DNA from: Methanothrix sp.
Lineage (GTDB): Archaea > Halobacteriota > Methanosarcinia > Methanotrichales > Methanotrichaceae
Length of the DNA: 64,000 nucleotides
Direction of reading: 5' to 3'
NCBI GenBank assembly: GCA_963682135.1
Contig: OY821645.1
Coordinates: 1,824,001 to 1,888,000 of the forward strand
In this document: positions 47,790-57,982 of the stretch, piece after piece
Numbering within the stretch: position 1 is the stretch's first letter
How the letters are laid out: each line of letters opens with the position of its first letter
Translations under genes and position numbers: made by a program
Notes under the pieces: model-generated
Databases searched by the model: none
What the model was told of the DNA's origin: nothing
What the model saw: only the letters and a program-made list of their open reading frames with translations

Positions 47790-49532
47790 ATGCCGTTTCG
47801 CAATCCTATGGCCCTTCTGGGGCTCATATCTATAATTCCTCTGATAATAATATACCTTATCCGTCCCCAGCCTAAGGAAATCCGCTTCTCGGCCACGCAG
47901 TTCCTGCGAGAGGGTGAGGCGGAGCGCTCCGCGGTGCTCAGCCGCCTGATCAACGATCCCCTCTTTTGGATTCAGCTTCTGGTGCTTCTCTCGCTCTCTG
48001 TTGCTGCAGCCGGACCGTACACAACACAAGCGGGTCCTGCGAGCAGTCACCTGGTGGTGGTCCTGGACAGCTCGGCCAGCATGCAGGCCTGCACCCATGC
48101 GTTGCAGCTGATCGACCCCTATCTGGACAAATACCAGAGAATCAGCATCGTGCTGGCGGAAAGCATGCCTCAGACCACACTCTCCGGGGGCAGCCCCGCC
48201 GAGGCCAGGGACGCTCTGCGCAGGCAGTCGCCAAAAGCCGTCAGTGCAGACCTCTCCAGCGCCATGACGTTAGCTGGCAGCCTGCTGGCAAATGAAGGCG
48301 GAAATATGCTGGTGGTCTCGGATTTCATAAGCTGGATAGGTGACGAGCCGCAGGCTACCCGCAAGATTTTGCAGGCTGACGGAAGGGTGAGCATTGTCTT
48401 TGCCGACTGCTACCAGGGAGGCGATAACGTGGCCCTGGTGGAGGCCTGGGATGTGCCAGGACCGGGATATGTCAACCACACTGCTCTGGTGCACAACTTT
48501 GGCCCGGCGAGAGTGGTTCCCGTCACCATCCATAGCCCGAGCGGCGCCACCTCAGGCCGCACTCTGCAGATGGATTCAGGAGGAGATAGCTATCTCTCAT
48601 TTACGGCTTACCCTGGAGTCAATGAAATCTCCCTGGACCTGGAGGATGCCGTCTCCTGGGACAATCATGCCTACATTTATGTTCCCGACCTGGCTCAGAA
48701 GAGGGTTCTCTACCAGGGTGAAGAGGGACCGGCTCTGGCAGCTCTTCGCTCCCTGCCCAATGTTGAAGTGCAGACCGCCGGCGAACTCAATGGCTTCGAT
48801 CTGATTGTGGTGGCCAGGAATGCCTCGCAAAGCGGCAAGCTCAATCGCTACATAGATGGCGGAAAGGTGATATTCATCGCTTCGGATCAGGAAAGCCCCG
48901 AGTACCTGCCGGTGCGGGTCACGGGCGAGCAGCCCGGTCCTGCCAGCCTCTGGGTTAGAAGCGAGGGCTTTGCCAAAGGAGTGCACTTTGATGAGATAGG
49001 AATATTCCGTTTTCCAGAGGCCGTATCTCGAAAGGGCTCCACTGCAATGGTCGAGGCCAATGGCCAACCCATCCTCTCCTATTGGCGCCTGGGAAAGGGA
49101 ATGGTGATTTATAGCGGTCTGGAGATGGATTCCGATTTCTATCTGCGTCCGGAATATCCTATCTTCTGGTATCAGATGGTGGGCTGGATCACAGGTGTAC
49201 CGGACATAACGCAGGCCAATCGAAAGACCGGCGAGATAATTCATCTGGGTGAGACTGCCCAAATAGAGACGCCCTCTGCAAATATTGCGACGAGCACTCT
49301 GCTGCTTGATGAGGTGGGAATCTACCGCTTCCTGGGAAAGGCAGTGGCTGCCAATATGTATGACCCTAAAGAATCTTCCCTGCAAAGAAAGAACGGTGTT
49401 GATGCGGGTGCGTTTGTATCCGCCAGCCGGGAGACTACAGTGGAAGAGGACCTCTCCGTCTGGATCATTGCACTTGCCGCTCTCGTCATCATTGCCGAGC
49501 TGGCCGTTATGAAGAGGAGGAGAGAGATATGA
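47790..49532 (+). CDS. BatA N-terminal double-TM + vWA domain membrane protein
   Basis: FRNPMALLGL..IPLIIIYLIRP; VVLDSSASM (MIDAS); VVSDF; C-terminal TM. Confidence 0.85.
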   Translation: MPFRNPMALLGLISIIPLIIIYLIRPQPKEIRFSATQFLREGEAERSAVLSRLINDPLFWIQLLVLLSLSVAAAGPYTTQAGPASSHLVVVLDSSASMQACTHALQLIDPYLDKYQRISIVLAESMPQTTLSGGSPAEARDALRRQSPKAVSADLSSAMTLAGSLLANEGGNMLVVSDFISWIGDEPQATRKILQADGRVSIVFADCYQGGDNVALVEAWDVPGPGYVNHTALVHNFGPARVVPVTIHSPSGATSGRTLQMDSGGDSYLSFTAYPGVNEISLDLEDAVSWDNHAYIYVPDLAQKRVLYQGEEGPALAALRSLPNVEVQTAGELNGFDLIVVARNASQSGKLNRYIDGGKVIFIASDQESPEYLPVRVTGEQPGPASLWVRSEGFAKGVHFDEIGIFRFPEAVSRKGSTAMVEANGQPILSYWRLGKGMVIYSGLEMDSDFYLRPEYPIFWYQMVGWITGVPDITQANRKTGEIIHLGETAQIETPSANIATSTLLLDEVGIYRFLGKAVAANMYDPKESSLQRKNGVDAGAFVSASRETTVEEDLSVWIIALAALVIIAELAVMKRRREI

Positions 49533-51889
49533 TCCTGGATCTATATTTTGCCACGCCGCAGCTCATCTGGGCCATTCCATTTGTATTGCTCTTGGGCGGG
49601 GTCCTAATTCGCAGCAGATCCAAGAACAAACTCTTTGCCGCTTCAAGGCTTCTCGTCTTTTGCCTGATCATAGCTGCTGCCGCAAATCCCTACTTTGTCG
49701 AGGTGCATACCGTCTCCTCGCAAAAGCCCAGCATAACCATCCTGGACGACCAGACCGGATCTATGGGCATCTTTGATCCCGATGTCGCTACAAGGATAGA
49801 GAGCTATGTAGACGCGCCCCTGCGCACCTTCTCAGGGGATGCAACGCCTCTGGGCGACAAAATCGTGCAGTACGCCCTGCCAGGCAGCACTCTCCTCCTG
49901 GTCTCGGACGGCTACAGCAACAGCGGTCGCGCCCTGGAAGACGCCCTGGCACTGGCGCGCGCCTCCAATGCCACGACCTTTGCCCTCTCACTTACCCCCC
50001 AAAAGGATGACGCGGGCGTGGAGATATCCGGGACGAACACTGCGGTCTTGGCCGGGGACTATCCCTTCAAGGTGTTAGTGCGCTCTTCCCGAGGCTACCA
50101 GGGACCGCTTTCCGTCTTTGCCGACGATAAATTGATTTACAGCGACACGATAGTTGCCAACAACAGCGCGTCCATCAAGATCTCCCATTCCTTCCTGGAG
50201 ACAGGAAATCATATTCTTCGGGCCGCAATCGCCCCGGACGGGCAGCCCCTAAACGATAACTACCAAAAAGCGGTCTATGTCGTCCCCAAACCACAGGTTC
50301 TGCTCATCTCCAGCGGCAACTCGCCCCTGGCCACCGATCTCAATGATCTCTACAAATTGACACTCCTCCCCGAGCTTCCCGACCAGCTGGATGGCTACAA
50401 GGCCGTAGTACTCGATGATATCAGATACAATTCCCATCTTAGTCCACTGCATAGTTACGTGCGCGAAGGCGGAGGGCTGGTAGTAGTAGGGGGCGAGGAT
50501 GCCTATGACCTGGGAGATTACCGTAACTCCAGCCTGGAAGAGATCTTGCCGGTGCGCTCCATGCCCAGCATCTTCGAGGGCGGCAAGACGCTTATCTTCG
50601 TGATGGACATCTCCTTCTCCCTGCTCACCACGCGCACGGCGGATGGCACGCCTCTGCTCGACTACGAGAAGGCTCTGGCTGTGGAGCTCCTCAAATCGCC
50701 CCATTTCCAGGATTATAAGGTGGGTCTGGTAGTTTTTGGAACCAAAGCCTACGATGTGCAGGACCCCGTTCCCCTCTCCCGAGCGGAGAGCGTTCTTCGG
50801 GAGAGGATAATGAGTCTCGCGCCCACGGGCACGGAGAACAGCTATCTGGATAGCGGTCTGCTACTGGCCTGGGATATGCTCAATGTTAGCGGCGGCCAGG
50901 GTGAACTGGTAATCCTATCGGACGGAAACCTCTATAACTATCCGGAAGTGGTGGCACGCTCTATTGACCTGCTGCGCCAGATGAATCTCACAACTCGCCT
51001 TGTACAGGTGCAGGCCTTCCCAGGGGCGACAGGCAGATTCGATTATCTGGCTGCCCAGACGGGATCAGACTTCTCCGCTTTCGTATATCCCGACTCGCTT
51101 ACTACTACTTTGCAAGAGCCTCCCGCAGGGGCCGCACCCCAAGAGAGCAGCCTCTCAGGATATGCGGTAAATGTGGTCAATAAGAATCACTACATCACAG
51201 CCGATCTGAGCTTAAATGCGACAGTAACAGGCTTTAATGATGTCACGCCTCGTCCCGGCGCCCAGCGTCTGGCGGCCCTGCCTGACGGAAAACCGGTCCT
51301 AACAGTATGGCGTTATGGTTTAGGCAGGGTAGCAGCGCTAACGGTCGATGATGGCAGTACCTGGGCAGGCGAACTTTATGCCAGTCCGGGTTCGCAGTTG
51401 ATTTCATCCACCGTCAATTGGGCTGTAGGCGATCCCCGGCCGCAGGACGATCGCGTTGAAGCTGATGACGGATGGCAGGGTACACCCTTATCAGTCACAA
51501 TAAGCAGCAATGCTAGGCCCAGCCTTCCCGGTGCAGATGTGGAAAAAGTGGGGGACAATCGATATGTGGCTACCTTTATGCCCAATGGCTCAGGCATCTA
51601 TTACATCGGCAATTATGGCCTGGCAGTTAATTACCCTCTGGAGTATCGAGATATCGGCTTTAATCCGGATTTTTCCAGAATGATCATGGCCAATGGCGGA
51701 AAGGTCTTCAGCGAAGCTGAGGCCCGACAGAGCCTTGTGGTCGAAGCCGGTCGTGTCAGCCAGAGAACGGTTCAGGAGCGTATCTCTCGAAGAGACATTC
51801 TACTGCTCCTGGCTCTGCTAATATTCCTGACGGAAATAATATATCGAAAAAGAGATGAAGTTCGAAGGAGAGGTCGATTTCGTGCCTGA
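49529..51889 (+). CDS. vWA + glutamine-amidotransferase-like membrane protein
   Basis: LLVSDGYSNSG, YVREGGGLVVVGG, EEILPV, VMDISFS, WRYGLGRVAALT; overlaps the previous stop. Confidence 0.8.
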   Translation: MILDLYFATPQLIWAIPFVLLLGGVLIRSRSKNKLFAASRLLVFCLIIAAAANPYFVEVHTVSSQKPSITILDDQTGSMGIFDPDVATRIESYVDAPLRTFSGDATPLGDKIVQYALPGSTLLLVSDGYSNSGRALEDALALARASNATTFALSLTPQKDDAGVEISGTNTAVLAGDYPFKVLVRSSRGYQGPLSVFADDKLIYSDTIVANNSASIKISHSFLETGNHILRAAIAPDGQPLNDNYQKAVYVVPKPQVLLISSGNSPLATDLNDLYKLTLLPELPDQLDGYKAVVLDDIRYNSHLSPLHSYVREGGGLVVVGGEDAYDLGDYRNSSLEEILPVRSMPSIFEGGKTLIFVMDISFSLLTTRTADGTPLLDYEKALAVELLKSPHFQDYKVGLVVFGTKAYDVQDPVPLSRAESVLRERIMSLAPTGTENSYLDSGLLLAWDMLNVSGGQGELVILSDGNLYNYPEVVARSIDLLRQMNLTTRLVQVQAFPGATGRFDYLAAQTGSDFSAFVYPDSLTTTLQEPPAGAAPQESSLSGYAVNVVNKNHYITADLSLNATVTGFNDVTPRPGAQRLAALPDGKPVLTVWRYGLGRVAALTVDDGSTWAGELYASPGSQLISSTVNWAVGDPRPQDDRVEADDGWQGTPLSVTISSNARPSLPGADVEKVGDNRYVATFMPNGSGIYYIGNYGLAVNYPLEYRDIGFNPDFSRMIMANGGKVFSEAEARQSLVVEAGRVSQRTVQERISRRDILLLLALLIFLTEIIYRKRDEVRRRGRFRA

Positions 51890-51959
51890 AGCACACCATC
51901 AGATTTTAATAGCATAATCGGCTTTATCGTTGATATATTGCGGAGGTAACTGCCACCAA

Positions 51960-52268
51960 ATGAGTTCTCAAATGTGTACCGTCTGTGGCCTTCCCACGGA
52001 GCTATGTATCTGCGAGGAGGTTGCCAAGGAGCAGCAGAGGATAGCTGTGAAAGTACAGAAGCGCAGGTATGGAAAAGAGGTGACGGTAATCCAAGGCATT
52101 GATCCTCATGAGATCGATCTTCAAGAGCTTTGTACCCATCTCAAGTCCAAGCTGGCCTGCGGCGGCACTGTGAAAGAAAGCCTGATCGAGCTGCAGGGAA
52201 ACCATATTCAAAGGATTAAGGAGATCTTAGTGAAAAAGGGATTCGGCGCAGACCAAATTAGTACCTGA
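51960..52268 (+). CDS. sui1: Translation factor SUI1/aIF-1 homolog
   Basis: [46 protein letters not shown]. Confidence 0.95.
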   Translation: MSSQMCTVCGLPTELCICEEVAKEQQRIAVKVQKRRYGKEVTVIQGIDPHEIDLQELCTHLKSKLACGGTVKESLIELQGNHIQRIKEILVKKGFGADQIST

Positions 52269-52325
52269 TTTCCCTGAAAGTTCTTAAGGTCTACAGGCGG
52301 ATTATCTCGCTTGATCATTTTTCTT

Positions 52326-53435
52326 TTAATAAATTTCTTCCAAATCTTCAATATGGGCGAAGGCATCGTCAAGCTGTTTTCGGGCTCTGCACCTTTTTTC
52401 CTTCTCATCTTGCATGCCTCGCGCCGCCTGGGCATAGATTGATTCCAGCTCAGGAGCACCGGCTACTGTGAAGACGGATAGCACCTTGGGATTTCCCTTC
52501 TTTACCACAATTCCCTTGAATACGTGGCCCGCGCTGGCGGTGAGCCTCTCGACCTCTTTGGTGATCTCATCCACGTCCAAATGCTCTTTGGATCCCTGAA
52601 TGATAATCATAGCTCTGGCGGCGTCGTCCGCAACGTTGGCGGGAAAAAGCAGATTTGCCGGCTTGAGGCTGTTCTCAATGGCGTCCCGAATGGACTGATT
52701 CTTGCTATCGGCTTGATAGAATCCCATAGTGCCGATGCGAAGCCCCCCATTCATCACCGTCTTGAAGTCGCCAAGATCGGTTACAGAGAGCATCTCGGAA
52801 TCCAGAGACTCGATCAAAAATAATAGACGTTTGGCGACCATATCGTTGATCTTGTCATAGGCAGAGGCAATATCACCGCTAAACCGCTTCATATACTGAT
52901 TGTCGGCCAGGATGATGCCCTCCGCATCAACCTCCATCAACTCCCTCATGCAGAAGGCGGCATTTTGCAGGTAGATGGACCCCTCTTCTCGGGCCGGAAG
53001 AATCGCAACTGTGACAACGGTGATATCTCGATATTGTCTCTTCAATTCGTTTATAAGCAGAGGTGTGAAAGATGAGCCGGTCCCCCCGGATGTGGATGTT
53101 ATCACAAAGGCAATATCGAAGTCGCCCCTCTTCTCGATCTCACCCATGATCACATCCCGATTATCCATAAAAGCCTGCTTGCCCACATTTCTATTGGCGC
53201 CCACGCCGTGCAGGTTGGGGACATGCAGTCGATCTTTTGCAGTGGTGAAACGCAGCTCCTTGAGATCATTTATGGCCGTATTTATGGCTAAAGTCTCCAC
53301 TCGACTGGGGAACTTGGGACACAAATAGTACTTGGCGAGTTTCGCGGCTGCGCCACCCCCAAACGCTTCTTTATTTATTGCGTCCAGTATCCGATTACCA
53401 CATTGTCCTACGCCGAGCATCAGTACGTTGAGCAT
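52326..53435 (-). CDS. cetZ: Tubulin/FtsZ-superfamily protein, CetZ type
   Basis: GVGQCGNRILD, AINTA..DL, GVGAN, SGGTGSS, ADN; DLGDFKTVM in place of the FtsZ T7 loop. Confidence 0.8.
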   Translation of the reverse strand: MLNVLMLGVGQCGNRILDAINKEAFGGGAAAKLAKYYLCPKFPSRVETLAINTAINDLKELRFTTAKDRLHVPNLHGVGANRNVGKQAFMDNRDVIMGEIEKRGDFDIAFVITSTSGGTGSSFTPLLINELKRQYRDITVVTVAILPAREEGSIYLQNAAFCMRELMEVDAEGIILADNQYMKRFSGDIASAYDKINDMVAKRLLFLIESLDSEMLSVTDLGDFKTVMNGGLRIGTMGFYQADSKNQSIRDAIENSLKPANLLFPANVADDAARAMIIIQGSKEHLDVDEITKEVERLTASAGHVFKGIVVKKGNPKVLSVFTVAGAPELESIYAQAARGMQDEKEKRCRARKQLDDAFAHIEDLEEIY

Positions 53436-53480
53436 GATATCAAGTCTCGCTGTATAGGCCTTTTAGTATATATCTTTTTC

Positions 53481-54677
53481 TTAATATTTATACACTCTGT
53501 ATCGTCGATATATCCAAGCAATGATGATCGCAATTGGGATAATAAGTAGTAGATATTGATATTTATACTCTCGGTCCTGGACAACTACTTGAGCGCTTGC
53601 ATCTCGGATTACGGATCCGTCTCCTCCGTCATAATTGACCTTGATGCCTATGGTGTAGTTGCCTGGGCTTTGGCCCAAGAGCCTGGCCGAGTAATTCCCA
53701 TCTTTACCCGGCGCCATCTCAAAGAAACTCTTCTCCAGTCCCGTAACCTGCAGGCCAACGGAAGGCATTACCGTCCCATCCACTTCTATTCTTGTCGCGG
53801 ATGCCGTTCCGGAATTGGTGATGCTGATGTTCAGCATGCTTTCTCCATCCAGAGGTATTGTCGTCAAGCTGGCAAGACTAATGACCAGATCTGCCTTGCT
53901 CCGGGGACTTATGAGAATGTTAAATGGCTCCGAGCTATTTGATTTTGCATTCTTCTTGGCATCGGTATAGCTGACTGTCATGGCCGGGACACGAATAGAG
54001 CCTTCTTTTACAGCGTCTATCACATAAACCGCCGAATCTGACTCCCCTGGGTCCAAAGTCTCTTTGATCTTGGGGGGATAGCCGGCGATATAAGAGAATT
54101 CAGGGTGGGGCGGTATATCTTCTGCTTTTATGCCCTGAGCCTGTCCCGTGCCTGTATTCTTGACAGTGATGGTGACTTTGACTTCATCGCCTACACTCAT
54201 TTGATTTTTGTCGAAGCTCTTTTGCACGGAAAGCTCAGGTTTATCCAATGCCGCCGCAGGCCTTTCTGAGGCATGCTTTCTGGGTGTTCCCAGACCCTTT
54301 TGATACTCGATCCTCACTCGGGCGGACTGCTCGTCGAAAATATCAGATACAGTAACAGTAATACCCCTATCATCAGCGCCGCCATCGAAATTATTGGAGC
54401 TGTCCAGCAGGAGGGCTCTTTGCTCATCAAGCGCGCCGCCCACCCTGGAGGCTCGAATCACCACCAGTCCATCTCTTACCGACTGTATTTCGATGAGCTC
54501 TATCCGATAGTCGCCCAGATCAATGCGATCCCCAATATTGAGTGTAAAATCCTTGAAGGTTACCTCATCACTGTTATCGGTGGATTCTTCGGCATAGGTT
54601 GATGCAATCAAGAGAATAGAGAACAGCAGATATACTGAACATGGCAGATAGATCAGACGCCGCATCTTGGGAAACAC
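53481..54677 (-). CDS. Membrane-anchored surface protein (BatD/DUF11/CARDB-like Ig domains)
   Basis: Signal peptide; PELSVQKSFD...VGDEVKVTITVKNTGTG; C-terminal TM followed by RRYR. Confidence 0.75.
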   Translation of the reverse strand: MFPKMRRLIYLPCSVYLLFSILLIASTYAEESTDNSDEVTFKDFTLNIGDRIDLGDYRIELIEIQSVRDGLVVIRASRVGGALDEQRALLLDSSNNFDGGADDRGITVTVSDIFDEQSARVRIEYQKGLGTPRKHASERPAAALDKPELSVQKSFDKNQMSVGDEVKVTITVKNTGTGQAQGIKAEDIPPHPEFSYIAGYPPKIKETLDPGESDSAVYVIDAVKEGSIRVPAMTVSYTDAKKNAKSNSSEPFNILISPRSKADLVISLASLTTIPLDGESMLNISITNSGTASATRIEVDGTVMPSVGLQVTGLEKSFFEMAPGKDGNYSARLLGQSPGNYTIGIKVNYDGGDGSVIRDASAQVVVQDREYKYQYLLLIIPIAIIIAWIYRRYRVYKY

Positions 54678-54732
54678 CTTTCCATATGCATTTTCTATAT
54701 GGATTATATCCTTTTTCGATTTGAATTTTGCT

Positions 54733-55572
54733 CTAATTTGAATTTTGCTCTATCTCGGCTCGCATCTCCATACTCAAGTCGATCCACCTCGCGTTTCTGG
54801 TAAGAGCACCCAGAGATATCACGTCCACTCCACTGGCGGCATATTCCTGGATATTGTCAAGAGTTATGCCTCCAGATGCCTCCAGAAGCAGGCGGTCTCT
54901 AAGGCCCATCTCCTCCAGTTGCTCTACCCCCCGAGCAATCTCCTCAGGAGCCATATTATCGAACATGATGATATCGGCGCCGCACTCTGCAGCTTTGATC
55001 ATGTCGCCGTGATTCTCGATCTCTACTTCGATCTTCTTGGTAAAGCTGGCGCGCTCCTTGGCGGCGCGCAGGCATTCTTCCAGTCCCAGAATCGCTATGT
55101 GGTTGTCCTTGATGAGCACGGCATCAGAGAGATTGAATCTATGCGTATCGCCACCGCCTAAAAAGACGGCCTTCTTCTCGAATACTCGAAAGCCGGGGGT
55201 GGTTTTGCGAGTCGCAGCAATGCGCACCCTTCCGCCGGCCAGAAGAACGCACTCTCGAGTTAATGTGGAGATGCCGCTCATGCGCGCCATAAAGTTCAGG
55301 GCGAGTCGCTCTGATTGCAGGATGGCGCGGGCACTTCCGCGAACCGATATAACCTGGGCCCCTGCGGGCACGAACTCGCCGTCGTCGTAAAGAGGTGTGG
55401 TCGTCAGGCGGAAATAAGCAAAGATTTCCCTAGCTTCTGCCAGGCCGCTGATTATGCAATCTTCATTGGCGATGACCACGGCCTGCGCCTCGATATCTGG
55501 AATGAGGCTGCTGGATTCGTCCCACTCGCCCAGGTCCTCGCCCACAAATCTCTCCAGCTCTGAGGTTAGCAT
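54733..55572 (-). CDS. nadC: Nicotinate-nucleotide pyrophosphorylase (quinolinate phosphoribosyltransferase)
   Basis: ERLALN, ATRKTTPG, HRFNLSDAVLIKDNH, IMFDNM, EASGGI, DVISLGAL. Confidence 0.96.
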   Translation of the reverse strand: MLTSELERFVGEDLGEWDESSSLIPDIEAQAVVIANEDCIISGLAEAREIFAYFRLTTTPLYDDGEFVPAGAQVISVRGSARAILQSERLALNFMARMSGISTLTRECVLLAGGRVRIAATRKTTPGFRVFEKKAVFLGGGDTHRFNLSDAVLIKDNHIAILGLEECLRAAKERASFTKKIEVEIENHGDMIKAAECGADIIMFDNMAPEEIARGVEQLEEMGLRDRLLLEASGGITLDNIQEYAASGVDVISLGALTRNARWIDLSMEMRAEIEQNSN

Positions 55573-55612
55573 ACCGCAAAGATTTTGATGTCCAATTGAT
55601 TTATAGCCTCCG

Positions 55613-56425
55613 ATGCCTCTCAAGATCGGGCTTGTTGGGTGCGGCGCAATCGGGGCCGAGATTGCAAAAGCAGTAGATTCCAGTACGTTAGACGCGAATT
55701 TGGTCGCGGTATGCGATCATAATCCGGAAACAGCATTGGCACTGATCGATAGCTTGCAGCATAAGCCGGTCAAGGTTAAATTAGAGGAGCTGGTGAGCCT
55801 CTCAGATGTGGTCGTGGAAGCCGCCAGCCAAAAGGCCGTCCCAGCCATTGCCAGAGCTGCGCTGGTGGCGGGAAAAAAGCTGATGATCATGAGCGTAGGG
55901 GCTCTCGCGGACAGGGATTTCTTCGCCGAGGTGAAGGCTCTGGCCAAAGAGCACGGCTCGCGAGTTTATCTTCCCTCTGGGGCGATATCGGGCCTGGATG
56001 GCATTAAGTCTGCCCGCATCGGCACCATTCGCAGCGTGACTCTCACCACCACCAAAAATCCCAACGGGCTCCGGGGCGCACCCTACATTCGGGAAAATGA
56101 GATCGACCTGGATGCACTCACCGGGCCGACAAAGATCTTTGAGGGAAACGCGCTGCAGGCTGTGAAGGCTTTTCCGGCCAACGTCAATGTGGCGGCTACA
56201 CTCTTCCTGGCATCCGGGGAGGGCGAGGTACGTGTGAAAGTGGTGGCGGACCCCGGCATCCATGTTAACCGGCATGAGATAGTGGTGGAGGGCGACTTCG
56301 GGCGGATCACGACTCTGGTAGAGAATGTTCCATCGCCCCGAAATCCCAGGACCAGCTATCTGGCGGCGCTCTCAGCCATTGCCACATTGAGGGCCATTGT
56401 GGAGCCGGTGAAGATAGGAACTTAA
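55613..56425 (+). CDS. nadX: L-aspartate dehydrogenase
   Basis: GLVGCGAIG, VEAAS, MSVGALAD, PSGAISGLD, FPANVNVAA, NPRTSYLA. Confidence 0.95.
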   Translation: MPLKIGLVGCGAIGAEIAKAVDSSTLDANLVAVCDHNPETALALIDSLQHKPVKVKLEELVSLSDVVVEAASQKAVPAIARAALVAGKKLMIMSVGALADRDFFAEVKALAKEHGSRVYLPSGAISGLDGIKSARIGTIRSVTLTTTKNPNGLRGAPYIRENEIDLDALTGPTKIFEGNALQAVKAFPANVNVAATLFLASGEGEVRVKVVADPGIHVNRHEIVVEGDFGRITTLVENVPSPRNPRTSYLAALSAIATLRAIVEPVKIGT

Positions 56426-56524
56426 TCTCCTTGCTTGTTTCGACTGCGGTACATCAAAGCTCACATATTCCGGCTTGGTCCCGTAATATTTTTAGGGCGT
56501 CCTCATAGAGGAAAGCAGATGAAA

Positions 56525-56857
56525 TTAAATCACGCGAATATTTATTATCTTTTTTAGAACTTCATCGATTTTACCCGGATTTATGTGGCCTGCTTTATAT
56601 AGGATTATCTTGCAGTCAGCAGTAAATATTCGATTTGGCCTTATATTGCTTATTTTCCGAAGTGATCCTTCTTCGAAGTCGGATTCATTCATAGGAATTG
56701 CATATCTATCCCAGAATTGCTGACTCGTTATCTGACAGAGGATTCTATCATCTCCGCCGAGTTCTGCCAGCACGAGTGCAGGACGCCTTTTTGCTTCTGT
56801 TAAATCTGAGAATGGAAAGGGCACAATGACCACATCTCCGTTCACAAATTTTTCCAA
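56525..56857 (-). CDS. PemK/MazF-family toxin
   Basis: GDVVIVPFPFSDLTEAKRRPALVL...ILCQITS...SNIRPNRIFT. Confidence 0.92.
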   Translation of the reverse strand: MEKFVNGDVVIVPFPFSDLTEAKRRPALVLAELGGDDRILCQITSQQFWDRYAIPMNESDFEEGSLRKISNIRPNRIFTADCKIILYKAGHINPGKIDEVLKKIINIRVI

Positions 56858-57036
56858 GCTTCATCCTCCTCTGGGCTTAGCCAATCCTTTGCAAGCACGG
56901 ATTCGCTCAATATCGCCGTCCCCATTTTTTCTCTTGATGCTTTCCCTTTCAATAAATGAATAAAATCGAGTATTTCTTCGAGATAAGTCTCAGGGAAAAC
57001 CTCAATCTCTCTGTAAATTAATTCCTTTGTCTCCAT
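56842..57036 (-). CDS. DUF2281-like putative antitoxin
   Basis: LEEILDFIHLL...SESVLAKDWLSPEEDEAWKNL; overlaps the toxin start. Confidence 0.85.
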   Translation of the reverse strand: METKELIYREIEVFPETYLEEILDFIHLLKGKASREKMGTAILSESVLAKDWLSPEEDEAWKNL

Positions 57037-57084
57037 ATCAATAATACTTTTAACGAAGAGGGGTAAAATACTTTTTGTAGCTGG

Positions 57085-57192
57085 AATATTCCATCGCATC
57101 TCTGCCGCCGCTCCGAGATTGCTTTTGGACAAATTAATGCTTGAGGTCGGCGATCATAGCTTCGCGCGAGACCCGTGTTCACGCGAAGGCGC
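57085..57192. repeat. Copy 1 of a ~110-bp direct repeat with internal hairpin
   Basis: AATATTCCATC...CTCCGAGATTGCTTT.GGACAAATT...GCTTGAGGT...GGCGATCAT.GCTTCGC.CGAGACCC...TCACGCGAAG matches 57873-57982. Confidence 0.85.
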
Positions 57193-57289
57193 AATAGAAA
57201 TGACAAAACAGAGCGATATTATTCAGGCGCTAAACTTGTGCGCCTGGACCTTTCTGAAGGTTAGGCATACATTCTCTTTGCGTACCATC

Positions 57290-57754
57290 CTATATCATCC
57301 CGAGCCGTTCTTTTATGGCTCTGATATCTGACTGTACCTGTCTAAGAGTCATTCCGTATCCTGGTTGGATGTCTTCTCTCATGCCTTTGATCTCTTCAAT
57401 GGTGTTCTTTGTATTATCTCTGATTTCTAGAAGGACCGGGATTGCCTTGTTCAACTGGATTGCTGAGCAAATTTGAGCATAGCTCTCAGTCTTCATAATA
57501 TCGCCTTTATAATCCTCAAAAGCAATGCTCGATACCTGGGAATGTTCAGGCTTTCGGGTCTCTACCAGCTTCTTAAAATCTGCTATTGTCTCTTCATCGC
57601 CTTCGACTAGGACTACGACCTCCGGCTCCTTCTCGCCCCTCCTATTGCGGGCATGAAAACCTTTAAGGCCCAGGTCTATAGCATTACTCATTAGGAAGTA
57701 TCTGTAGCCTACATCATGCACTTTGGGACCGATAATTTTGATTTTTAGCTTCAT
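57290..57754 (-). CDS. Acylphosphatase-like domain + coiled-coil protein
   Basis: MKLKIKIIGPKVHDVGYR...HARN...LVEGD. True start ATG 57754; the track extension runs through a repeat. Confidence 0.82.
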   Translation of the reverse strand: MKLKIKIIGPKVHDVGYRYFLMSNAIDLGLKGFHARNRRGEKEPEVVVLVEGDEETIADFKKLVETRKPEHSQVSSIAFEDYKGDIMKTESYAQICSAIQLNKAIPVLLEIRDNTKNTIEEIKGMREDIQPGYGMTLRQVQSDIRAIKERLGMI

Positions 57755-57819
57755 AGTCACCCTTGATATGTATCGGCAGGCTATTTGATTGTTTCGTGGT
57801 GGAGGCGGCCAGCTAGAAG

Positions 57820-57872
57820 GCCGTCCCTGCCATTTCCAGTTCCGCCAGCACAAGTACAGGACGCCTTTTTGC
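57820..57872 (-). pseudogene. Short PemK/MazF gene fragment
   Basis: GTTCCGCCAGCACAAGTACAGGACGCCTTTTTGC vs toxin GTTCTGCCAGCACGAGTGCAGGACGCCTTTTTGC (56761-56794); encodes AKRRPVLVLAEL. Confidence 0.75.
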
Positions 57873-57982
57873 AATATTCCATCCACCTCTGCCGCTGCTC
57901 CGAGATTGCTTTCGGACAAATTCGTGCTTGAGGTTTGGCGATCATGGCTTCGCACGAGACCCAAGGTATCACGCGAAGCCGC
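57873..57982. repeat. Copy 2 of the ~110-bp direct repeat
   Basis: See copy 1; stem GGCTTCGC...GCGAAGCC. Confidence 0.85.

Noticed and set aside
47790-53435. BatA/vWA pair, SUI1 and cetZ as a novel system
   Set aside because: Known conserved families; missing MoxR partner is probably elsewhere in the genome; mixed orientation gives no sign of a unit.
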